DNA of 64,000 bases from Myxococcota bacterium. Lineage in GTDB: Bacteria > Myxococcota_C > UBA6777. Below, one piece after another: positions 49,101 through 59,032 of this stretch (position 1 is the first letter of the stretch; each line of letters begins with the position of its first letter). A program made the translations under genes and the position numbers. A model generated the notes under the pieces. That model ran no database searches. It was not told the origin of the DNA and worked only from the letters and a program-made list of their open reading frames with translations. The stretch is from NCBI GenBank assembly GCA_023150835.1, contig JAKLKB010000018.1, positions 1 to 64,000 of the forward strand, written 5' to 3'.

Positions 49101-52100
49101 CCGCTGTCTCTCTCCCGATGGCCCGAAGGTTGTACAGGTAGCGTGACGTTGTGCAGCGATCCCCATCCGACCGCCCCGCGCTACGAAGTGGTCCTGACGA
49201 TCCCATCGGCCCTTCCAACAGAACCGACCGAATGGTTTGGATTCCTTCGCGAGGCTTTTACAGGCCCCCTGATCACCGCCATGACCTCGATCCGCCTCTA
49301 CCAACAAGGCGGCTCACAGCCCAATCCCTTGCGCGAGCTGTGCGTGTGTGAAGCAGGCGCACAACTGCGTATGATCATGACCGAAGGACGGCGCATCCAG
49401 TCGCTTACCTATCATCCAAACAACACTGCGGCCCACGAAACCGTCCACCTTTCCTTACACACTGACCAAGCCAACGACGCCCACCTCCATCTCGATATCT
49501 CTCTTGCATCGGCCTTTACAACAGAGCCTGCCCTCTACAGGCTGCCTTTGCGCGTCCAAGACGGTATCTTGCTCGTCGATGCCCGCGAACAAGAACAAAC
49601 CTTGCGCGACTTTTACCAACACGCGCTCTTTGGCCGTCTGTTGGCCCCTGTCGAAGCCTTTGCCCCCACCCACCACACCACCCACGCGGACCCCCAAAAG
49701 CTCCGAGGCTACGCGGTCTCCACAGGCTCTCATGGTGATCCGTCGCACCTGCCGATGAATATGGCCTTTTCTTTGGTCTGGGAGCCTCTCTTCCGCTTGC
49801 TTTCTGCCGAAGGGGTTTGCGAAGGGATCTTGCGACTTGTTCATCTTTCCCATCACGTCGAGATCGACGCTGGTTGGCCGATCCTCCCTCACCAAGCCGT
49901 CGATGTCGAAGCCCAGATCACACGCATCGAAAACACCGACACAGGCCGAAGCATCCACACCCGATGCACCCTCTCACGCAACGGTGCGCGCTGCGCGATC
50001 GTTGAATCGGCCTTTTTTGTGCGTGGCTTTTTTGGCCGAACAACCGACATCTTGCGCACCAAAGAGATCATCGACACCTCACTGATCTTGCGCGATCAAG
50101 GCAGCATCGACTTTTTGCTTGCACACGGATGGCTGCATCGCACCTCCGACACCCCTCTGCACGTCGGCGATATCTTGCAACTGCGTGCGCTCCAAGAAGA
50201 ACACCGCCCCCGAAAAGGTCTTGCGCATTTTGCCGCAACAGGTCAGATCTGGCGTGGTTCCCAACCGATCGCCACGCTCGCGCTCGATCTACGGGCAGCG
50301 CGCAAACTCCATCCTCTGCAAGCCCTTCTCCAAGCCTTCGCCCAAGAACAAGCCACCCCGCGCAAGCCTGTCACGCCCCGCATCCTTGCGCATACCGAGA
50401 CCCAAGCCCCCCAATCCATGCAAACCTTTGCAGAAGTCAGCGGCGATCTCAACCCGATCCATCGCAGCTTGCTGTTTGCTCGGATGGGACGGCTCGATCG
50501 CCCGATCGTGCATGGGATGTGGACCGCTGCCCGCCTGCATAGCTTCTTGGTCGCCTCGGTGGTCGATGGCGAAGAAAGCCGCGTCCTTGATTACAAAGCC
50601 TCCTTCCTTGCGCCGCTTTTGCTTGGTGAACGCTTGCGACTCGAAGCCACCCGCACAGCCGTCCAAGAGGGCGTCTTGTTCGTCGAGCTTACAGCTTCCG
50701 CCATGCGCGACGCCCAAGCCATCGCCGTTGTTCGCGCCGAAGCCAAAGTCAAGATGCCCCGCAGCGTCTATCTGTTCCCCGGCCAAGGCATCCAACAAAA
50801 AGGCATGGGCATGGAGGCTTACGCCCGCTCCAAAGCGGCGCGCAACGTCTGGGATCAAGCGGATGCTTATACACGCGAACATCTCGGATTCTCGATCTTG
50901 GAGATCGTGCGCAACAACCCCAAAGAGCTTCTCGTCCAAGGCCGCACCCACGTCCATCCCCAAGGCGTCTTGCATCTCACGCAGTTCACACAAGTCAGCA
51001 TGGCTGTGATGGCGCAAGCACAAGTCGCAGAGCTCCGCGAGTCCGGGCTTTTGGACCCTGATGCGATCTTATGCGGTCACAGCGTCGGCGAATACAACGC
51101 CATCGGTGTGACAGGTATCCTCCCGCTGACAGATGTCGTCGAGATCGTCTATCATCGGGGACTTGTGATGCACGCACTCGTCCCACGCGATGAATCGGGC
51201 GAAAGCGGCTACCGCATGGGCGTTCTTCGCCCTCATTACGCAGGAATGGATCACGCCCAAGCCGAAGCCCTTGTCGAGCAAGTCGCCAAACAAACCGGCC
51301 AGTTCTTGCAGATCGTCAACTACAACGTCCGAGGCCGTCAGTACTCCGTCACAGGGCAGATCGGCGCGCTTCGGCTTCTTGAGCAGCTTCTCGATCAGCG
51401 CGCAACACAGAAAAAGCCCCCCTACATCGAAGTCCCGGGCATCGATGTTCCCTTCCATTCGTCCGTCTTGTTCAACGGTGTCGACGACTTCCGCAAAACT
51501 TTGGAGGCGCGCTTCCCTCAAGATATCGATGAACAACGACTCTTGGGTCGTTATATCCCCAACCTTGTCCCCAAACTCTTCTCTCTCGACAAGCCATACA
51601 TCGAAGAAGTTCAACAGACCACTCAGTCGCCGATCCTAGAAAAAGTCCTTGCAGACTTCGCCGACTACGCCGCCACCCCCAAGCGCCTCGCACGTATCCT
51701 GCTCATTGAGCTGTTGGCATGGCAGTTTGCAAGCCCTGTCCGTTGGATCGAGACCCAAGAGCTGCTCTTCCAACGCCGTTCGCTCGGTGGGATCGAGATC
51801 CAGCGCGCTATCGAGATCGGCGTGGGCTACCAGCCCACCTTGGCAAACATGGCGCGTTATTCCCACCAACTGCTCGGCCCTTCAGCTCCTGATATCGAGA
51901 TCCTCAATATCGAAGCGGAAGCGGATCGCGTCTTCTTGCGCGACCAAGACACCCTGCCACCTCAAGCCCAAGATACCGCTGCTCCGGCCTCGATCCAGCC
52001 TCTCTCCGCTCAAAAGCCACAGCCCTCACAACAGGCCACCTCCTCCGCTTCGCTCCAGCAACCATCACAACAGGCCATCCCATCGACAAACGCCGCCTCC

Positions 52101-55100
52101 CCCGTTTCGGTCGGCGCACCGCCACCGCCCGATCAGCCGCTTTCTGTGGCCGAAGGCGTGACTTTTGTCCTCGCAAGCCAAGCCCGTATCCGCCCCGATC
52201 AGCTTTCCATGCAAGAGACCCTCGATGATCTCTTTGACGGCGTTTCATCGCGCCGCAACCAAGTCCTGCTCGACCTTGGCGCAGAGTTTCAGATGGGACC
52301 GATCGACGGGGCCCATGAAAAACCTTTGCGCGAACTGATCGCCGAGATCACCCGCCGCTGCCCTTCCTACAAAGCCCCCGGAAAATATATGCGCGCCACC
52401 CAAGATGATTCGATCAAACGAGTCTTCGGACGCGCTGGACTGACGCGCAAAGAAGTGGAAAGCCACTTTGAACAACAATTCGGCCTTGGTTCGGGCTTGC
52501 GCGAGAGCGCGTTGTGTCTGCTCGCCTTGGAAAGCCGCGAAGGAGCCTCCGCTCGCGGCGGCAGCATGGGCTTGTTGCCCCAAGCCCTCCCATCCGACCG
52601 AAACACCGCCAAGACCTTCTTAGACGAAGCCGCCCTACGCATCGGACAGATCAAAGGTCTGACGATCAGCCGACAAGGCGCACACAGCACAGGGGGCGGA
52701 GCCTCCGTCGATGCCGCTGTCGTCCAAGAGCTTGAGTCCAAGATCCTCGGACCCAAGGGGATCTTGATGCAACAAGCCCGTGAGATCGCCGAACGTCTGG
52801 GGCATCCGATCGAGGCCGCAGCAAGCGGGCTTCCTGCGCAACACAATGAACAAGCCGAAAAGCTGGCTCTCTACGAAGCAGAACACGACAGCGAGTTTGT
52901 CGAATGGCTTCAACCGCGCTTTGATGCCAAAAAGCACGTCGCGCTGACTTCTTCGTGGGCGTCTGCTCGACGCGATGTGGCTCGATTGTTCTTTGATCTG
53001 CGAAACAACCGCATTGAGGCTTCCGAAGCCTTGGCACAAGTCGCCCGACTGGCCGCCTTCCACGAGGATATCACCCTCACACAAACCGCTTCTTGGTACG
53101 CAAAACTCGCCGAAGAGCAAGGCGACCTCCGTCTTGCAGGTTGGCTCCACCAGATCGCAGCGGGTGATGCGCCCCATACTCCGGCGTTTCAGCCGACGCG
53201 CCCCGCGCTCTCTTTGCAACAAGACGGCTCTTGGAGATACGCCGAGGCCGTATGCGATCAAGCCGATGCCCTCGACCGTTTTGTCGATGCCTTGTGGCCC
53301 AAAGATCGCCCTCCCCTTCTTCAAATCGGCGAACAAGGCGAATGGAACATCACTTTTTCCAAGCTCCTGTCCGAACACACCAAGCGGCCCTTTGATCTGC
53401 GCAACACGACCGCTCTGGTGACGGGTGCAAGCCCGGGATCGATCGCCTTGGCCTGTGTGCGCTTTCTTTTGCGCGGTGGAGCCCGTGTCATCGTCACCAC
53501 CAGCACTTACAACAGCGATCGTGTACGCGAATACCGCGATCTCTTCGAGACTTCTGCCGTCCCGGGTGCAGAGCTCCATGTCGTCCCCTTCAACCAAGCC
53601 TCTTTCCAAGATGTCGAGTCCCTGATCCACTGGCTGTTTTCCTCTGTCACCGAACAAGACGGAGCCAAAGTCCGCGTCGTGAAGCGCCCTTTTGCACCCG
53701 ATATCGTGCTGCCTTTCGCCGCCATCAAAGATCTCGCCACGCTCGACAGCCTCCAAGCCCGCTCCAATGCCGTGATGCGTACGATGCTGCTCAGCGTAGA
53801 GCGCCTTGTGACGGGCATCGCCACCCATTACAAGCGTCACGGTCTCCCCGCGATGCCTTGCCATATCCTGCTGCCGCTTTCGCCAAATCACGGGAGCTTC
53901 GGTGGTGACGGCGTGTACGCCGAAACCAAAGCTGCACTCGAAGTCCTCCTGACCAAGTGGGAAAGTGAACGCGAAGCGTGGGGCAAAGCCACCACCTTGT
54001 GCGCGGCCCGCATCGGATGGGTCCGTGGGACGGGCTTGATGGATGCCAACAATCTTGTGGCTCACCACCTCGAACAGCGCACAGGCATACGCACTTTTTC
54101 GAGCGATGAGATGGGCTGGTTGTTGACCGCTCTGTGTACCCATGCGGCCAGAAAACAAGCCCTCCACCAGCCGCTTGAGGCCGATCTAACGGGCGGTTTC
54201 CAGCGGATCAAAGCCCTTCGTCAGACTGTTTCGACGATCCGCACCGAACTCGAACACCAAGCCGCTCGCGTCAAGCAACGCCTGACCCTCGAAAACGCCG
54301 AAGCCACCTTGCTTGGCGCGCCCACCGATGCGCCTTTGCTTGTCGATGCGCTTCCTCATTGGCCTGCGACCTTACACCCTCGATTGACGCCTGCCACAGC
54401 CAAAAAGCCCGTCCATTGGCCCAAACGCGGCCTTTCCTTGCGCGAGATGGTGGTGATCGTTGGCATGGGCGAGATCGGCCCTTGCGGAAGCGCCCGTACC
54501 CGCTACGAGATGGAGCTCGGTCCATCCCTTTCTCCTGCTGCTGTGCTTGAGTTGGCTTGGATCACGGGCTTCGTCACCTACGAAGAAAACGGCAAAGCGG
54601 GGGTTTGGAAAGATCGCCAAACCAACACCGTGATCGCAGAACACGAGATCGCCGCTCGTTATCGTGAAAGCGTCCGCAAACATCTCGGGCTGCGCTGGAT
54701 CGAGCCTGAGACCGTAGGCATCGACCCCAACGCTCTTTCTATGTACACCTCTGTTTTTCTGGAAAAAGATTTTACTTTTTCGGTCAGCTCCGAAGAAGAA
54801 GCCCGTACTTTCTTTGCGACGGCCCCCGAAAAAACCCGTGTTCACTTTGATGCCCAAGACGGACAATGGCGCATCACACGCCTCGCTGGAACCGAAGTTA
54901 AAGTCCCCCGCCAAGTCCGCCTCCAACGTCAAGTCATGGGCCAGATCCCCAAAGGCTTCGACTTTGCGCGATTCGGTCTCTCCAACGATATGATCGAACG
55001 CATCGATCGCGTCGCTCTCTTCAACCTGATCGCCACCGTCGATGCCTTCTTGTCTGCTGGCATCGAACCCGAAGAACTCTTGCGATGGCTCCATCCTGCC

Positions 55101-56354
55101 CGCGTCGCAAACACCCAAGGCTCGGGCATCGGTGGGATGCGCAGCTTGGCCCGTCTCTACCGCGATCACGTCCTCGATATCGAGCGCCAGCCTGATATCC
55201 TCCAAGAGACCTTGATCAACGTCGCAGCGGCCTATGTGGTCCAAAGCTACGTCGGAAGCTACGGGCCGATGTCTCACCCTGTCGCCGCCTGCGCAACCGC
55301 TGCCGTCTCTCTCGAAGAAGCCACCGACAAGATCTTGGCAGGAAAGGCCGACTTTGTAGTCGCGGGTGGGTACGATGACGTCGGGCGCGAAAGCCTTGTG
55401 GGCTTCGGTGATATGAACGCCACCGCAAACACCGATGAGATGGTCGCGATGGGGCTTGAACCCGCCCAGATGTCCCGCCCCAACGACACGCGGCGACGCG
55501 GCTTTGTCGAGGCCCAAGGCGGCGGAACCTTCTTGCTCGCTCGCGCCGATATCGCCCTACAGATGGGTCTCCCCGTGTACGGTGTGGTCGGATACTGCGG
55601 CTCTTTTGGTGACGGTATCCACAAATCCATCCCCGCCCCCGGCATGGGCGCACTCGCTTGTGCCATCGGAGGCCAACAATCCCCGCTCGCTCGTTCACTC
55701 CAACACTTCGGCCTGACCGCTGATGATATCGCCGTCGTGTACAAACACGACACTTCCACCGCTGCCAACGACCCCAACGAAAACGAACTCCATCACCGCA
55801 TCCAACGAGCGCTCGGACGCAGCGAAGGAAACCCGCTCTTTGCCGTCTCTCAAAAAAGTCTGACAGGTCACGCCAAAGGCGGAGCCGCTGCGTGGCAGAT
55901 CATCGGGCTTTGCCAGACTCTTCTCCAAGGCCGCATCGCAGGAAACCCCAATCTCGACAACGTCGATCCGATGATGCGTTCTTTTTCTCATCTCGCTTTC
56001 TCAAACAAAACCCTTGACGTAGGTGAGACGCTGCCGCTGCGTGCAGGGATGCTGACCAGCCTCGGTTTCGGCCACGTCAGCGGTATCGCTCTTTTGCTTC
56101 ACCCCGATGCCTTCTTGGCCCAACTCTCCGAAGAACAAGCCACCGCTTACCACTCCCGCTGTCAGCAGCGCCACCACCAGACCACCCAACGCTGGGCCTC
56201 CGTCTTCATGGGACAAACACCCTTGTTCTCTCGCCGAAACCTCCGCCGCTTTGAAGCCCAAGACGGCTCTCCCGAACAAGCCGCCCAAGAAGCCGCCATG
56301 CTCCTGAACCCCCACGCTCGCCTTGATACCTCACGCGGCTTCTATTCTTTGTAA
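46125..56354 (+). CDS. fas: Type I fatty acid synthase, actinobacterial/fungal type (AT-ER-DH-MPT-ACP-KR-KS)
   Basis: GHSQG; EGGKAGGHHS; SGDLNPIH; FPGQG/GHSVGEY; GVSSRRNQ; TGASPGSI/FGGDGVYAETK; AACATA, KHDTST, GHAKG. Confidence 0.96.
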   Translation: MRRTEERNNGKAAVVQAAEEGASLSASAKEQLWGLERTSQGFVSYDGEGGQQGGALYTSGQVTAVRSLLSRLVLGENQAAISFAGQGFYDLDHLAGLMRGSREVRALLEAATAHLESLVHTQEARWSGCYADGFDVMAWLQEPSTRPSAAVLRGGCYSQPLILIQQVALYVALYEEGIREAFAVGAIPVIFGHSQGLQTALLVAESPNGQIETERLLAYVSYAFWQGLVMEQGYTVTPERSAEGASPMAAISGPSLAVLEQVLARFNRSLPEAAQVDISLYNTRNRHVVSSHPAVLSTLRKAMEAQAEREAARKKAGRFGGQPLQFTWEYLEVSGPFHSRYMREGFEQMQRKVRDIGFDFSKSRFFVDVLCGHTGRVLTQQPDVLDELLHNQFVRSVRWSRMLRSLEPYNGVSDILDLGPGDGVMRLTASALRGTGRQVHTLYTQEGQDAFFLQAPQTPRPVAYCSFLPSVSPDEAGGWRVENRYTRATGHAPVILPGMTPTTSDVPIVAAAANQGFTAELAGGGQVNERIFWLRMEELQEALGPGREVVFNALYLDPYLWDLHVRKTGLVQKARKAGYPICGVTISAGMPEVSEAVALLDEFVSLGMWLNAFKPGTLAQIRHVVKIAQAAPHHTIFVHLEGGKAGGHHSWEDLEQLLLDGYHLLREQPNLVLCVGGGIGSEAHANALLTGRWSLAHDLPQMPVDAVLLGTLTMACKEATTSAQVKQALVDAPGCAGWVFAGHVEGQTTSGKSALNADIHYIDNAASRCGRLLDEVAGDAIAVQARRDEIIAALNQTAKPYFGDLSTMTYHAVAQRLVTLMALGRHGRYEDGPWLDTTHRTRFADFLQLAEARLCEQEEGRFACFFGTFEALDHPQACVDRLLALYPHAAQQILHPADVRRFLYDICGRAGKPVPFVPVIDAEVRRWYKADSLWQAHDDRYSADQVLIIPGPAALQGLRSADQPVASMLGRFVDALQAEVQQMPAPPHAERSPLSLSRWPEGCTGSVTLCSDPHPTAPRYEVVLTIPSALPTEPTEWFGFLREAFTGPLITAMTSIRLYQQGGSQPNPLRELCVCEAGAQLRMIMTEGRRIQSLTYHPNNTAAHETVHLSLHTDQANDAHLHLDISLASAFTTEPALYRLPLRVQDGILLVDAREQEQTLRDFYQHALFGRLLAPVEAFAPTHHTTHADPQKLRGYAVSTGSHGDPSHLPMNMAFSLVWEPLFRLLSAEGVCEGILRLVHLSHHVEIDAGWPILPHQAVDVEAQITRIENTDTGRSIHTRCTLSRNGARCAIVESAFFVRGFFGRTTDILRTKEIIDTSLILRDQGSIDFLLAHGWLHRTSDTPLHVGDILQLRALQEEHRPRKGLAHFAATGQIWRGSQPIATLALDLRAARKLHPLQALLQAFAQEQATPRKPVTPRILAHTETQAPQSMQTFAEVSGDLNPIHRSLLFARMGRLDRPIVHGMWTAARLHSFLVASVVDGEESRVLDYKASFLAPLLLGERLRLEATRTAVQEGVLFVELTASAMRDAQAIAVVRAEAKVKMPRSVYLFPGQGIQQKGMGMEAYARSKAARNVWDQADAYTREHLGFSILEIVRNNPKELLVQGRTHVHPQGVLHLTQFTQVSMAVMAQAQVAELRESGLLDPDAILCGHSVGEYNAIGVTGILPLTDVVEIVYHRGLVMHALVPRDESGESGYRMGVLRPHYAGMDHAQAEALVEQVAKQTGQFLQIVNYNVRGRQYSVTGQIGALRLLEQLLDQRATQKKPPYIEVPGIDVPFHSSVLFNGVDDFRKTLEARFPQDIDEQRLLGRYIPNLVPKLFSLDKPYIEEVQQTTQSPILEKVLADFADYAATPKRLARILLIELLAWQFASPVRWIETQELLFQRRSLGGIEIQRAIEIGVGYQPTLANMARYSHQLLGPSAPDIEILNIEAEADRVFLRDQDTLPPQAQDTAAPASIQPLSAQKPQPSQQATSSASLQQPSQQAIPSTNAASPVSVGAPPPPDQPLSVAEGVTFVLASQARIRPDQLSMQETLDDLFDGVSSRRNQVLLDLGAEFQMGPIDGAHEKPLRELIAEITRRCPSYKAPGKYMRATQDDSIKRVFGRAGLTRKEVESHFEQQFGLGSGLRESALCLLALESREGASARGGSMGLLPQALPSDRNTAKTFLDEAALRIGQIKGLTISRQGAHSTGGGASVDAAVVQELESKILGPKGILMQQAREIAERLGHPIEAAASGLPAQHNEQAEKLALYEAEHDSEFVEWLQPRFDAKKHVALTSSWASARRDVARLFFDLRNNRIEASEALAQVARLAAFHEDITLTQTASWYAKLAEEQGDLRLAGWLHQIAAGDAPHTPAFQPTRPALSLQQDGSWRYAEAVCDQADALDRFVDALWPKDRPPLLQIGEQGEWNITFSKLLSEHTKRPFDLRNTTALVTGASPGSIALACVRFLLRGGARVIVTTSTYNSDRVREYRDLFETSAVPGAELHVVPFNQASFQDVESLIHWLFSSVTEQDGAKVRVVKRPFAPDIVLPFAAIKDLATLDSLQARSNAVMRTMLLSVERLVTGIATHYKRHGLPAMPCHILLPLSPNHGSFGGDGVYAETKAALEVLLTKWESEREAWGKATTLCAARIGWVRGTGLMDANNLVAHHLEQRTGIRTFSSDEMGWLLTALCTHAARKQALHQPLEADLTGGFQRIKALRQTVSTIRTELEHQAARVKQRLTLENAEATLLGAPTDAPLLVDALPHWPATLHPRLTPATAKKPVHWPKRGLSLREMVVIVGMGEIGPCGSARTRYEMELGPSLSPAAVLELAWITGFVTYEENGKAGVWKDRQTNTVIAEHEIAARYRESVRKHLGLRWIEPETVGIDPNALSMYTSVFLEKDFTFSVSSEEEARTFFATAPEKTRVHFDAQDGQWRITRLAGTEVKVPRQVRLQRQVMGQIPKGFDFARFGLSNDMIERIDRVALFNLIATVDAFLSAGIEPEELLRWLHPARVANTQGSGIGGMRSLARLYRDHVLDIERQPDILQETLINVAAAYVVQSYVGSYGPMSHPVAACATAAVSLEEATDKILAGKADFVVAGGYDDVGRESLVGFGDMNATANTDEMVAMGLEPAQMSRPNDTRRRGFVEAQGGGTFLLARADIALQMGLPVYGVVGYCGSFGDGIHKSIPAPGMGALACAIGGQQSPLARSLQHFGLTADDIAVVYKHDTSTAANDPNENELHHRIQRALGRSEGNPLFAVSQKSLTGHAKGGAAAWQIIGLCQTLLQGRIAGNPNLDNVDPMMRSFSHLAFSNKTLDVGETLPLRAGMLTSLGFGHVSGIALLLHPDAFLAQLSEEQATAYHSRCQQRHHQTTQRWASVFMGQTPLFSRRNLRRFEAQDGSPEQAAQEAAMLLNPHARLDTSRGFYSL

Positions 56355-56373
56355 AAATGTCGGATCTATCTTA

Positions 56374-56826
56374 ATGAGTTTTCAACTGTCTTTTCATCCT
56401 CAAGGGCGTGTCCTTGGTGTCGGTTTCGATGTCGTTTCGGTTGCGGCTTTCTCTCTACAGCTTCAAGATCCAGCCTCTTGTTTTGTCGAAGAAGTCTTTA
56501 CCTTAGCAGAACGCCGCATCGCTCGCTCACGCGCAGGGCAACAGCCCGCACGCCACTTCGCGGCCCGCTTTGCTGCCAAAGAAGCCCTCATCAAAGCGTG
56601 GTCTTCGGCCCTTTTCGGCCAACCTCCCCCCTTGCCGCATCTCTCCTTACGAGAGATCGAAGTGATCCACGATGCTTATTCTCGCCCTGCCCTACGTTTT
56701 CACGGTCAAGTCTCGGATGCCATTCAAGCACTTTTCCCCTATACAACCCACCTCTCTCTCTCCCACGATGGCGACACCGCCGCTGCCATCGTCTTGATCG
56801 AACAGCTCACCGCTGCTTCGCGTTAG
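56374..56826 (+). CDS. acpS: Holo-ACP synthase (PPTase)
   Basis: GVGFDVV, FTLAE, AARFAAKEALIKAWS, LSLSHDGD. Confidence 0.95.
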   Translation: MSFQLSFHPQGRVLGVGFDVVSVAAFSLQLQDPASCFVEEVFTLAERRIARSRAGQQPARHFAARFAAKEALIKAWSSALFGQPPPLPHLSLREIEVIHDAYSRPALRFHGQVSDAIQALFPYTTHLSLSHDGDTAAAIVLIEQLTAASR

Positions 56827-56892
56827 GCTTCCGCCAGATCGCTCGGAACAGATCACTGCGGCTTCGCGCTAGGCTTCCGCCAGATCGCTCGG
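56807..56892. repeat. 46-bp diverged duplication at the junction of convergent genes
   Basis: GCTTCGCG(T/C)TAGGCTTCCGCCAGATCGCTCGG twice. Confidence 0.9.
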
Positions 56893-57734
56893 TGGGTCTC
56901 CACATACATCCGCAGCGTCCGCCCTCGCCGCCCCAACAACGCCTCCATCGTCGGATCGACCCGCTCTGCCTGCCCAAAACGCAGCCCGACGTGCAAGATC
57001 GTTTGGACGATACACTGCCCCCAAGGCAGCCCACGCCGCCGAAGATGCCACACATACCCCACCACCGACGCAGCCCGATAACGGATGCTCCGCCCCAAAA
57101 CATCGCTCAAGATCTTCGCGACCTCATCAAACCCGATGGCTTCTGGCCCTGTAAGCGTATAAGCTTGATTCGCGTGCTTTTCTGGCGCAACAAACGCCTC
57201 GGCGGCCACCTCCGCCACATCATACAGATCCACAAAAGCTGCACGACCTTTGCCCGCAGGCACATACAAACGATCCGCCTCGCAGATATCCTGCAAGTAG
57301 GCGTCTTGTAGGTTTTGCGCGAAAAATCCGGGGCGCAGCAACGTGTACGGAGCGACCGATGCTTTGAGGTGCATCTCAACTTTATGATGCGGAATGATCT
57401 TGTTTTCTCCCGCTCCTGCAACCGATAAAAAGACGATATGCTCAGCCTTTTTTTCTCGTGCGATATCCACAAAAGGATTCAGCGTTTTTTCCACATCTGC
57501 GATCGGCGGCGGACGCAACAAAAACACGCCCGAACATCCCTCCAAAGCAGCCGACCACGTCGCAGCGTCCCGAAAATCAAACCGCACACTCTTGACTTCT
57601 CCGTTCCAGTACTCTTCTGCCGATGCCACCGATGAAACAGCAGCCCGCACGTCGATACCTCTTACACGCAACGCACGAACCACCTCACGACCCACATTCC
57701 CCATCGCTCCTGTCACCAAGATCCGCTTCGTCAT
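56853..57734 (-). CDS. NmrA-family NAD(P)-binding protein
   Basis: ILVTGAMGNVG, LRPGFFAQN, YTLTGPEA. Confidence 0.92.
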   Translation of the reverse strand: MTKRILVTGAMGNVGREVVRALRVRGIDVRAAVSSVASAEEYWNGEVKSVRFDFRDAATWSAALEGCSGVFLLRPPPIADVEKTLNPFVDIAREKKAEHIVFLSVAGAGENKIIPHHKVEMHLKASVAPYTLLRPGFFAQNLQDAYLQDICEADRLYVPAGKGRAAFVDLYDVAEVAAEAFVAPEKHANQAYTLTGPEAIGFDEVAKILSDVLGRSIRYRAASVVGYVWHLRRRGLPWGQCIVQTILHVGLRFGQAERVDPTMEALLGRRGRTLRMYVETHRAIWRKPSAKPQ

Positions 57735-57776
57735 CAAAAGATCTCCCAAACAAAATCGCCTCAAGCCGACGTCACC

Positions 57777-57900
57777 CAAAAACCCGCGTTCGCGCCCGTT
57801 GCGAGCGACTGCGTCGTTGGTTTGAAACACGATGCTCTGTTCGCCAATACGGGGTCAAGGGGTTGCGACCCCTTGCGGGGTTTGGGGCCGCGCCCCAATT
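57777..57900 (+). mobile_element. Family-A repeat (right end duplicated at 57940-57990)
   Basis: Family-A core. Confidence 0.78.
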
Positions 57901-58031
57901 CAACAAACATCCTCAGATGTACGCTTACTCAGACGGCGAGCCGTTGCGGCCCCTTGCGGGGTGTGAGGCAGCGCCCCTAATTCAACAAACCCCACCGCCT
58001 CCCTTCTCTTTCTACCCAAGGAGCTCCCAAG

Positions 58032-59000
58032 ATGGACAAGATTCTACAAAAAGCTGGATACACCGAACAACAATACACACACGGCGCTGTTACGCTCAAT
58101 TACGCGGTCAGTCCGCCCAAACAACGCGCTCTCTTGCTTATCCCCGGCCAGACGATGCCTTGGCAAAGCTACACCCGCGTCCTTCCTGCGCTCGCACAAC
58201 ACTTCCAAGTCTACGCGCTGGATATCCACGGACACGGGCGCTCTTCACGCTGCCCACAACGCTACACCTTCGAGGCCATCACCGAAGATCTCGTCGCCTT
58301 TCTTCACAACGTCGTTCAGCGCCCCGCCTTTTTGTCGGGTAATTCTTCAGGCGGCCTATTTGTCACATGGATGGCCGCCCAAGCCCCCGATTATGCGCAA
58401 GGCGTCATCGCCGAAGATCCGCCTTTTTTTAGCAGCGAACATCCCCGACTCCAACAATGCTTTGTATACCACGTGATGAAGCTATTTCTCGAAACCCTTG
58501 ATCGCCCCGAAGGACGAGACTTGGGCGCGCTCTTTCAACGCCTAGAGATCCCGCACAAAAGCGGAAAGCGCGTCTCCAAAATCCCGATGTTCCTCGCTCG
58601 CCTTCTTTCTTCGTGGCTTCAACGCCGCCAAGCCAAAACCCCCGACCAGCCGCTCGATATCCCTTGGTTGCCCCTCCAACTCCGCCTCACCATCCGCTCT
58701 TTTTCCGAATACGACCCCGCCTTCACACGTGCCTTCTACGAAAACACGATGGCGGGAAGCTTCGATCACGCTGCCATGCTCGCAAAGATCCAATGCCCCT
58801 TCGCTCTGATCCACGCCAACTGGTTTGTTCACGAAAAATTCGGACTCGTCGGTGCGATGCTCCAAGAAGAAGCCCAGCGCGTTTGCTCGCTCGTCCCCCA
58901 AACTCGCTATCTCCCTGTCTCTGCGGGGCATGTCGTCCACCTCGAAGCCCCAAAACTTTTCCTCCAAATTATCGACGACTTCACAAACGACGCAGTATAG
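58032..59000 (+). CDS. Alpha/beta hydrolase
   Basis: DIHGHGRS, GNSSGG nucleophile elbow, EDPP, AGHVVH. Confidence 0.9.
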   Translation: MDKILQKAGYTEQQYTHGAVTLNYAVSPPKQRALLLIPGQTMPWQSYTRVLPALAQHFQVYALDIHGHGRSSRCPQRYTFEAITEDLVAFLHNVVQRPAFLSGNSSGGLFVTWMAAQAPDYAQGVIAEDPPFFSSEHPRLQQCFVYHVMKLFLETLDRPEGRDLGALFQRLEIPHKSGKRVSKIPMFLARLLSSWLQRRQAKTPDQPLDIPWLPLQLRLTIRSFSEYDPAFTRAFYENTMAGSFDHAAMLAKIQCPFALIHANWFVHEKFGLVGAMLQEEAQRVCSLVPQTRYLPVSAGHVVHLEAPKLFLQIIDDFTNDAV

Positions 59001-59032
59001 GCTCTGATCAATCTCGTCCGTGTAGGCTCCGA

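Noticed and set aside
46125-56354. Modular PKS or PUFA synthase
   Set aside because: Domain order with C-terminal KS, FMN-type ER and MPT is that of microbial FAS I
56807-56892. DGR template/variable repeat pair
   Set aside because: Only 46 bp, differences are not exclusively at adenines, and there is no reverse transcriptase in the window
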